A program made the position numbers and the translations under genes. 64,000 bases of DNA from the NCBI GenBank assembly GCA_963674825.1, contig OY771587.1, forward strand, positions 2,688,001 to 2,752,000, written 5' to 3'. Below the pieces are notes generated by a model. It was given only the letters and a program-made list of their open reading frames with translations, was not told where the DNA came from and did not search any database. Below are positions 17,566-25,298 of the stretch, piece by piece; positions within the stretch are counted from its first letter, which is position 1, and every line of letters starts with the position of its first letter. Source of the DNA: Candidatus Cloacimonadales bacterium (GTDB taxonomy: Bacteria > Cloacimonadota > Cloacimonadia > Cloacimonadales > JAIOQZ01).

Positions 17566-17805
17566 TTCCTTGTCGCTCCTTGTGTTATCTTGCGTCAGAT
17601 AGTAATAGAGATATGAAGCCTGGCAATGAAAAAATGTTTCTTACTGTAAGCGATTGCATACGCTTATAAAAGAAATACGGCGGAATCAGAGAAAGGCACA
17701 CCGAAGAAAATAGAGATTCTCAGAAAAAAAATCTTTACAATAATTTTCACAATTATAATCTAATAGATTTTGTAGTGATTTGAAATCAATAACCTGGAGG
17801 TAACG

Positions 17806-20800
17806 ATGATAAAACGAATGATCCCTCTTTTGTGGCTTATGAGCCTCGCAGTTGCGATCAGCGCCTTTACACCTGTAATCGACGGCACCAAAGATGCCGC
17901 CTGGGGTGCTACACCTACTGAAGCAACTTTCACTACGATGCAGCCTACGGAATTCAATCTGGAGGATGGCTGCTACGTAACGGACGATGACAACTATATT
18001 TATTTCGGTATCCCGACTGACAACGATCCCTGGGGCGATGGAAACGCCATCCATCTGCATCTGTCGATCGACCTTCGCAACACCGCTGCCGGCGGTACGG
18101 GCGATGCATGGGGAAGCCAGGTACAATATGGCCAACCCTATCTGCCCGATTACGACATCATTATGCAGTGGAACACGAACGATCAGAACGTTGGCTACAC
18201 TGGATTCATGACCTGGAACGGCACCGGCTGGGATCAGGTTCAGCTCGATCCGGCGAACATCGCGGGTGGCGGTGGTCAGTTCACCGAAATCGCAGTTCCC
18301 AGAAGCATGTTCGATAACGTCGAACTGGACGAAAACCTCAATATTTCTCTCTGGCAGCGTCCGGCTTGGAACAAGAACAATGCCAACGCGTGCTGCCCGG
18401 CAGACGCCGAGTTCCCATCCGATTGGGGTGATGGTGCAGGTGGAACCCAGACAACCCAGTTTGCCTATACCGTATCAACTCAGCTTGCCGATACAACTGC
18501 TCCGCGCATGTCCTCGGCAGTGCAGGACGGCCCCTCCACAGTCCGCGTAACCTTCAACGAACCGATGGGTAGCGGCGCTCAAGTGGCTGGAAACTACACA
18601 ATCGATAACAGCGCTTCAATCGATGCAGTATCGATGATTTCTGCGAGTGTGTATGATCTCACCGTCAGTGGCCTTGTTGCCGGTACGGAATACGAACTGA
18701 CAGCGACATCCGCCATTATGGACGTGTCGAACAATCCGATCGACCCTTCCTACAACAGCGATACGTTCACCGCCAGCGCTTTTGCTGATGTGACTTTTAC
18801 AATCAACGACAACAGCCATATCTATGAGAATATCAAAGTCAAGGGTAACTTCGACGAATGGGCTCTTCATCAGGCTTACGACGATGGTACCCATGGCGAC
18901 CCGACTGCCGGCGACTACTCCTGGACCTGCGTGGTAGAGAATGTACCCGAAGGTAGCTGGGAATGGGGCGCAATCGAAGACGATGGCTCACAGTATGGTA
19001 TCTGGCTCATCGATGGTCCGAACCTTCAATTTACCGTGGATAACACAGGTGCTGTGACCGGCGATGTATCGTACGATATCGCTGGTGGAATCGCACAGGA
19101 TGTCGATGTGACCTTCCGTGTCAATATCGGCTCGCTCGACGTAACCGGTGTTTCCGTGCAGGGTAGCGTTCTGCCGCTCAACTGGACGCCCGGCAGCAAC
19201 CTTATGGCCGACCCCGAAAACGATAAAATCTATGAAGCGACGATCACCTTCCCCGCAGGAAGCAACTTCGACGTTGACTACAAATTCACCTACGAATCGT
19301 CTGTCCGTGATTGGAACTGGGAAGATGTCGATAACCGCACATTCACCATCGATGATACGCAGATCTCGATGGTCCTTGATGTCAATTACTGGAACAACAA
19401 CGAAGTAAGCGAGCTGACCGCTGTGTCTTTCATGGACAGCACTACTTCGGATTACACCAACTTCCAGAGCGGCGACGTCCTGGGAGCAGGCAGCAACATC
19501 CAGATCGAAGTTGAAGCCGACGCGATCGACGTTAACAACAACTCAGGCTTCAGCCTGATGCTGCATTACCGCGTGAACCTTGGCCTCGAGCAGTCCAAGG
19601 CCTTCACCTGGGAAAGCAATGGTGAAACAGCTTCCTACTGGCGTGTCGCGCTCAACTACGGCGCTGAAATCAGTGACGATGACAATGTTCTGTTCCGCAT
19701 TGAAGGTACAGACTACAATGGCCCAACCGTCGAAGACGATAATGGTGGCAGCAATTACGAAGTAAGCCTCGGCTCATCTGGAACCCAGCAGGATGTAGAT
19801 GTGACCTTCACATTCAACCTGGGCACTTCCGACGCGATCGAAGTTGGCCTGGTTGGAACTGTCGCTCCACTCAGCCCGTTAGGATCGGACAACCTGATGG
19901 TTGACGACAACGGCGATAAAATCTATACAAAGACTGTCACTTTCCCGGCAGGATCGCCCTACGCAGTGTCTTATAACTATGCCCGTAACCTGCCGGAAAC
20001 ACGCTCCTGGCAGATCGAACCAAGTATCAGCAGAAGTTTCAATCTCGACGACGTGACCGGAACCATGGATCTCGGTGTCGAGTATTGGGAAGGTGTGGCG
20101 GTTTCCGAACTGACCGATGTATTCTTCCTGGACAACGAGACTTCGGTTTATTCAAACTTCGCCAGTGGTGGATCGGTTGATACCGGTAGCGATATCCAAA
20201 TCGAAGCGCAGGTCGAAGGTGTTGACGCCAATGCAAATTCCGATTTCCAGGTAACATTGTATTACCATGTGAATTCAGGAGAGCTTCAATCAAAAACATT
20301 TGGATGGGCAAGCAACTACGAAGGAAATTCCTGGTGGCATGTGATGCTCGAGAACGGTGTCGAAGTAAATGATGGCGACGATGTGAGTTTCTATATCGAA
20401 GCTACTGATTACAACGGTCCGGTCATCACCGATGACAACGACGGTAGCTCTTACACTGTCAGCGTACTCGGTGCCACGACATCGCAAGATGTCACCGTGA
20501 CATTCTCTATCAACGTTGGTGCGCTCAATGCCGACAGCATTTCGGTTCAGGGCAGCGTTGCTCCGCTTAATTGGATAGCCGGTTCAACACCGATGACCGA
20601 TGAAGATGGCGACCGCACTTACACTGTTGATGTCCTCTTCCCGGCAGGCTCACCTTTCACGGTTGAATACAAGTTCACCCGCGAAACGCCTGCAACCCGT
20701 GAATGGGCCTGGGAATACATAGGTAACCGCAGCTTCCAGATTCAGGATGCCGAGTCTACACAGGTTCTGGATCTCGACTACTGGAATCTCAACGAAGTCC

Positions 20801-21396
20801 ACGAAATGACAAGTGCCGCTTTTGCTGACAGCAGTGCATCCGATTACACCAACTTTGCCAGTGGCGACGTTCTTCCCATGGGCAGCGATGTCCTGATCGA
20901 AGCCTATACCGGTGGAATCGATACCAACTACAATTCTGGCTACGAAGTGACACTTCACTACATCATCAATGGCGGAACCGAGCAAACGACAGTGCTGAAC
21001 TGGCAGGGTAGCGATGCGGAATATTCCTGGTGGCGAATCGGCCTCGTGAATGGCGACACCGTCAGTGATTACGATCAGGTTGAATTCTGGATCACAGCAA
21101 CCGACTACAACGGCCCCGTCTTCACCGATGATAATGGTGGCGAGAACTACACCGTCAGCGTTGGTCAGGCAGCACCTCCGGCAGCACCGCAGGATGTCAT
21201 GATCACCGTCGTCGGAACCGATGTCCAGATATCCTGGGCAGCCGTAACCGGCGCGACGAGCTATCGTCTGCAGTCTTGCGATGCACCGGATGGAACCTTC
21301 ACGAACGTAACGGTTACTACCAATACAAGCGTGACCATCACCAATGGCGCGGGTTCTGCCGATATGAAGTTCTATCGCGTTAAGGCAATGAATTAA
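17806..21396 (+). CDS. Large secreted multi-module carbohydrate-binding protein: DOMON-like and Ig-like domains, three tandem CBM20-like + CBM25-like units, C-terminal beta-sandwich
   Basis: Signal peptide; repeats QDVDVTFRVN / QDVDVTFTFN / QDVTVTFSIN...VTFPAGS...YKF...W and ...DYNGP..DDNGG.NY; YDDGTHGD..AGD motif; ggagg RBS. Confidence 0.75.
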   Translation: MIKRMIPLLWLMSLAVAISAFTPVIDGTKDAAWGATPTEATFTTMQPTEFNLEDGCYVTDDDNYIYFGIPTDNDPWGDGNAIHLHLSIDLRNTAAGGTGDAWGSQVQYGQPYLPDYDIIMQWNTNDQNVGYTGFMTWNGTGWDQVQLDPANIAGGGGQFTEIAVPRSMFDNVELDENLNISLWQRPAWNKNNANACCPADAEFPSDWGDGAGGTQTTQFAYTVSTQLADTTAPRMSSAVQDGPSTVRVTFNEPMGSGAQVAGNYTIDNSASIDAVSMISASVYDLTVSGLVAGTEYELTATSAIMDVSNNPIDPSYNSDTFTASAFADVTFTINDNSHIYENIKVKGNFDEWALHQAYDDGTHGDPTAGDYSWTCVVENVPEGSWEWGAIEDDGSQYGIWLIDGPNLQFTVDNTGAVTGDVSYDIAGGIAQDVDVTFRVNIGSLDVTGVSVQGSVLPLNWTPGSNLMADPENDKIYEATITFPAGSNFDVDYKFTYESSVRDWNWEDVDNRTFTIDDTQISMVLDVNYWNNNEVSELTAVSFMDSTTSDYTNFQSGDVLGAGSNIQIEVEADAIDVNNNSGFSLMLHYRVNLGLEQSKAFTWESNGETASYWRVALNYGAEISDDDNVLFRIEGTDYNGPTVEDDNGGSNYEVSLGSSGTQQDVDVTFTFNLGTSDAIEVGLVGTVAPLSPLGSDNLMVDDNGDKIYTKTVTFPAGSPYAVSYNYARNLPETRSWQIEPSISRSFNLDDVTGTMDLGVEYWEGVAVSELTDVFFLDNETSVYSNFASGGSVDTGSDIQIEAQVEGVDANANSDFQVTLYYHVNSGELQSKTFGWASNYEGNSWWHVMLENGVEVNDGDDVSFYIEATDYNGPVITDDNDGSSYTVSVLGATTSQDVTVTFSINVGALNADSISVQGSVAPLNWIAGSTPMTDEDGDRTYTVDVLFPAGSPFTVEYKFTRETPATREWAWEYIGNRSFQIQDAESTQVLDLDYWNLNEVHEMTSAAFADSSASDYTNFASGDVLPMGSDVLIEAYTGGIDTNYNSGYEVTLHYIINGGTEQTTVLNWQGSDAEYSWWRIGLVNGDTVSDYDQVEFWITATDYNGPVFTDDNGGENYTVSVGQAAPPAAPQDVMITVVGTDVQISWAAVTGATSYRLQSCDAPDGTFTNVTVTTNTSVTITNGAGSADMKFYRVKAMN

Positions 21397-21414
21397 TCAC
21401 GATTATCACCATAG

Positions 21415-21450
21415 AAAAACGCCCCGTCCGATTGGATGGGGCGTTTGTTT
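21415..21450. terminator. Bidirectional intrinsic terminator
   Basis: aaacgccccgtcc-gatt-ggatggggcgttt between convergent genes. Confidence 0.8.
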
Positions 21451-21495
21451 TCTGGTATGCAGATATCTGGGACCAATTCTCAAATATCTGCTTCT

Positions 21496-22305
21496 CTATA
21501 TCGTGTCATGGATATTTTGAGCCATCTTCTCATAGAGCATGCGACGGGCATCGCGATCATAAACATTATCGCTGTACTTATCGCACAAAGCAACCGACAT
21601 AAAGATAATATAGTCGTGATTCGTATAATTCATCGAATAAATGAAGTATGCGTACCCCGTATCGATCGATTCGAAGTCATCGACGCATCCCACCGGGAAG
21701 GTATAGCTGCGGTCGCTTGGGGAGATATCCTCGAGGAAGACGTCATCATCGTACGTCTCATCTTCTACGTTATAGCACTGACTGATTGCGTACGCTGCCT
21801 GCATCATGTTGTTATTATCCAAATCCCATGAAAATGTGACTTCCTCGTTCGAACTGGTGAGTGAATCGGGTTTGGTCCACGTCGGGTAATATGCGACCGT
21901 GATATCTCCTGAGACAATATCGTTAACGATGATAATATCATCTTCGACCTGTTGGTAACAATAGCTGATCGCGTAGTTCTGGCCGGAAACAAGTTCATTC
22001 GGAAGAACGAACTCTGCGTAGATAAGCTCGCAATATGTGAGGTAGTCGGAATAATCTTCACCATCGATGTGCAAGTAGTGGTAGTAATCGCCATCAAACG
22101 AATCGTCGTCGTATTCGTCATAGCCCTCGACCGTGATAGTTGTTCCTCGATCTCTTTCGGATCCGACTCCGATCACATAGTGTGAAACTGCGGTTTTAAT
22201 GATGATATTGTTGAAACCATAGTCTGCGGATTCTTCTTCACTCTCGCATGATATCAGAGCAGCCAGGAACGTTAATGCGAGTATCGTGATTCCCAGATAT
22301 CTCAT
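21496..22305 (-). CDS. Acidic lipoprotein of unknown function (paralog of 48986-49813)
   Basis: Lipobox LISC; Asp/Tyr-rich; motifs shared with the 48986 gene. Confidence 0.75.
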   Translation of the reverse strand: MRYLGITILALTFLAALISCESEEESADYGFNNIIIKTAVSHYVIGVGSERDRGTTITVEGYDEYDDDSFDGDYYHYLHIDGEDYSDYLTYCELIYAEFVLPNELVSGQNYAISYCYQQVEDDIIIVNDIVSGDITVAYYPTWTKPDSLTSSNEEVTFSWDLDNNNMMQAAYAISQCYNVEDETYDDDVFLEDISPSDRSYTFPVGCVDDFESIDTGYAYFIYSMNYTNHDYIIFMSVALCDKYSDNVYDRDARRMLYEKMAQNIHDTI

Positions 22306-22459
22306 ACAGGTCTCCTTGTGTTTGTTATGTTCTGTATAACAATCAAATGCGTCTGATCCTGTAAAGAAAGTTTTAGATGGTGATTTGAATCATTTTTCAT
22401 TGACGGTTTTACGGGAATAAATTCAATCGGGTTCTATAAAACGAAAGGAGACGAAGAAG

Positions 22460-22525
22460 ATGCATACACACCATGAGACAAGCCAGCATGATATCTTCGC
22501 CCCATCGTTACATCTGCTCCCCTGA
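22460..22525 (+). promoter_or_regulatory. Candidate leader peptide upstream of leuS (MHTHHETSQHDIFAPSLHLLP)
   Basis: aaggag RBS 9 nt before ATG; Leu codons TTA, CTG, CTC among the last five codons; stop codon inside a tcccc-tgag-gggga hairpin. Confidence 0.4.
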
Positions 22526-22605
22526 GGGGGATAAACAACTTCAATTCGCTTCCGAAGACGCTCATCACACAAAGAGATAAATTAAATAACATACGGAGGA
22601 TTTTC

Positions 22606-25083
22606 ATGGAGTATCCGTTCCACGAAATCGAAAAAAAATGGCAAAAGGTATGGCTGGACAGGAATATCTTTCATGCCGATAACAACACCGAGAAAGAAAA
22701 GTACTATGTGCTTTCGATGTTCCCATATCCTTCGGGCATCCTGCACATGGGTCATATATCCAATTACTCCATCGGCGACGCGGTAGCGCGTTTCAAGATG
22801 ATGGAAGGCTACAACGTCATGCAGCCGATGGGCTATGACTCCTTCGGCATGCCGGCGGAGAACTTCGCGATCAAGCACAATTCGCATCCACGAATCACCA
22901 CCGAACAGAACATCGACGTTATGCGCGGCCAGTTTAACTCGATGGGATTCGGGTTTGATTGGGAGCGTGAGGTCAGCACCTGCCGTCCAAACTACTACAA
23001 GTGGGGTCAATGGCTCTTCAAACGCATGTACGAGAATGGCCTGGTTTATCAGAAGAAGTCGTTTGTGAACTGGTGTGACGATTGCCAGACAGTTCTTGCA
23101 AACGAGCAGGTGGAAGACGGTTCCTGCTGGCGCTGCGGAAGCGAAGTCAAGCAGAAAGAGATGATGCAGTGGTTCTTCCGTATCACGAAGTACGCCGAAG
23201 AATTGCTCGATTTCTCTCATATGATTGAGTGGCCCGAACGCGTTGTCACCATGCAGAAAAACTGGATCGGCAAGAGCTACGGAACCGAGATTGTCTTCCC
23301 GCTGGAAGACGGCAAGGGCGAAATTCCAGTATTTACGACCCGTCCCGACACGATTTACGGTGTGACCTTCATGGCGCTTCCGCCAGAGCATCCGCTGGTT
23401 CGCGGGTGGCTGGAGCAGGAAGATGAAGGCTCCGAGATGGCGAAATTCTGCGACAAGGTCCTTATGGAAGATAAAACCGAGCGCGGTGCGGACGACACCG
23501 TCAAGGAAGGCGTTTTCACCGGCAGATATTGTATCAATCCGCTCAATGGCGACAAGGTGCAGATATGGGTGACTAATTATGTCCTGATGGAATACGGTAC
23601 CGGTGCTGTGATGGCTGTTCCCGCGCACGATCAGCGTGACTGGGAATTCTCCGATAAATACGATATTCCGCGCAAGATTGTAATCCAGAATCCGGAAGAA
23701 GAACTTGTGCTGGAGAATATGACCTGTGCCTATACAGAGCCCGGTATCATGGTGGATTCGAAGACATTCGATGGCATGAAGAGCACTGACGCCATCACCG
23801 AGATCTCGAAATACATCGAGGCTCAGAAGATGGGCAAGCGAACGGTCAGCTATCGTCTGCGCGACTGGGGTATTTCTCGTCAGCGTTACTGGGGTAATCC
23901 AATTCCGATTATCCATTGCCCCAAGTGCGGAGAAGTGCTGGTTCCTGACGAAGACCTTCCCGTGTTGCTGCCGGACGATATCCAGGTGGGCAAGACGAAG
24001 CAGAATCCGCTGCTGTCTGCCGACGCGTGGCTGAACACAACCTGCCCGAAGTGCGGTGGGCCTGCTAAGCGCGAGACCGACACCATGGACACGTTCGTCG
24101 ATAGCTCCTGGTATTTCGCGCGTTACGCAGATGCACACAACGACGAGATGCCTTTCTCGCCGGATATGGCAAACTATTGGCTGCCTGTGGATCAGTACAT
24201 CGGCGGTATCGAACACGCATGTATGCATTTGCTCTACGCAAGGTTCTTCCATAAATTCATGCGCGATATGGGCATGATCAAGTGCGACGAGCCGTTTGCG
24301 CGTCTGCTGACGCAAGGAATGGTCATCAAAGACGGTGCCAAGATGTCAAAGTCGAAAGGCAATATGGTTGAACCGGAAGGGTACATCGATCGCTACGGAG
24401 CCGATACTGTGAGGCTTTTCATGCTCTTCGCGTCACCACCGGAGAAGGATGTCGAGTGGAACGACGAGGGCGTCGTGGGCGCGTTCAGGTTCTTGAACCG
24501 AGTCTGGAGAACCGTGGAGCAGAATCTCGACCTGATAGCGGATTTTTACAAGCCCTATTCGGAAGATGTCGATCTCTCGCGCGAGATCAAGGAACTGCGC
24601 TACAGTACGCATTATACCGTGAAGAAAGTGAACGAAGATATCCGCGAGCGTATGCATTTCAACACTGCCATCGCGGCTGTGATGGAGCACTTGAACAATG
24701 TCTCGTCTATTGATACCGATAAACTCACGGACGAAGAAAAGATGGTGTTCGCGGAGTCTGTCGCGGTGATCCCGAGGTTGCTCTATCCCTTCACACCGCA
24801 TATCTGCGAAGAACTGTGGTCGATGATGGGACATGACGAACTGGTGCACGAAGCGGGAGTTCTCACTTGCAACGAGAAGTATCTGGTCAAGGATGAGGTC
24901 ACCTATCCTATCCAGATCATGGGCAAGGTTCGCGGTAAGCTGGATGTACCGGCCAATACACCGATCGAAGAGGTCAAGAAGCTGGCTCTGGCAGTCGATA
25001 ACGTACAGAAGCATATCGAAGGCAAGACGGTACAGAAGGTGATCGTGGTGCCGAACAAGTTGGTCAGCATCGTAGCGAAATAA
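22606..25083 (+). CDS. leuS: Leucine--tRNA ligase
   Basis: MFPYPSG, HMGH, FTTRPDT, GTGAVMAVPAHDQRD, SRQRYWG, KMSKS. Confidence 0.98.
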   Translation: MEYPFHEIEKKWQKVWLDRNIFHADNNTEKEKYYVLSMFPYPSGILHMGHISNYSIGDAVARFKMMEGYNVMQPMGYDSFGMPAENFAIKHNSHPRITTEQNIDVMRGQFNSMGFGFDWEREVSTCRPNYYKWGQWLFKRMYENGLVYQKKSFVNWCDDCQTVLANEQVEDGSCWRCGSEVKQKEMMQWFFRITKYAEELLDFSHMIEWPERVVTMQKNWIGKSYGTEIVFPLEDGKGEIPVFTTRPDTIYGVTFMALPPEHPLVRGWLEQEDEGSEMAKFCDKVLMEDKTERGADDTVKEGVFTGRYCINPLNGDKVQIWVTNYVLMEYGTGAVMAVPAHDQRDWEFSDKYDIPRKIVIQNPEEELVLENMTCAYTEPGIMVDSKTFDGMKSTDAITEISKYIEAQKMGKRTVSYRLRDWGISRQRYWGNPIPIIHCPKCGEVLVPDEDLPVLLPDDIQVGKTKQNPLLSADAWLNTTCPKCGGPAKRETDTMDTFVDSSWYFARYADAHNDEMPFSPDMANYWLPVDQYIGGIEHACMHLLYARFFHKFMRDMGMIKCDEPFARLLTQGMVIKDGAKMSKSKGNMVEPEGYIDRYGADTVRLFMLFASPPEKDVEWNDEGVVGAFRFLNRVWRTVEQNLDLIADFYKPYSEDVDLSREIKELRYSTHYTVKKVNEDIRERMHFNTAIAAVMEHLNNVSSIDTDKLTDEEKMVFAESVAVIPRLLYPFTPHICEELWSMMGHDELVHEAGVLTCNEKYLVKDEVTYPIQIMGKVRGKLDVPANTPIEEVKKLALAVDNVQKHIEGKTVQKVIVVPNKLVSIVAK

Positions 25084-25121
25084 GTATGGATTGCAGGTGC
25101 ATGCCTGCTTCGATAGTATGG

Positions 25122-25160
25122 GAAATCCCAATGTCCTTATGGATGTTGGGATTTCTCTTT
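25122..25160 (+). terminator. Probable leuS terminator
   Basis: gaaatcccaatgtcc-ttat-ggatgttgggatttc hairpin then tcttt. Confidence 0.6.
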
Positions 25161-25225
25161 GGCTCGTCCAGAGGTTGAGTGCTGCAAAGTGACATCGGCA
25201 ATGGATAAGCTCAGTATGTAATTGA

Positions 25226-25264
25226 TAGAAAAAGCCCGGCCACCATGTGACCGGGCTTTTTCTA
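25226..25264. terminator. Bidirectional terminator
   Basis: tagaaaaagcccgg...ccgggctttttcta perfect 14-bp inverted repeat. Confidence 0.8.
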
Positions 25265-25298
25265 TGGTAACCTGTTAACTCGTAACGGGTAACTTCCT

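Noticed and set aside
19096..21170. Long-period DNA repeats as a CRISPR array or mobile repeat
   Set aside because: They are diverged in-frame protein-domain repeats; no identical repeat-spacer array or cas gene was seen in the window.
22582..24315. 577-aa antisense ORF over leuS, and similar ones over sucC (44539-45765), pfkA (49863-50732) and DUF1015 (62385-63461)
   Set aside because: These are shadow frames opposite conserved, codon-biased genes and have no recognisable motifs.
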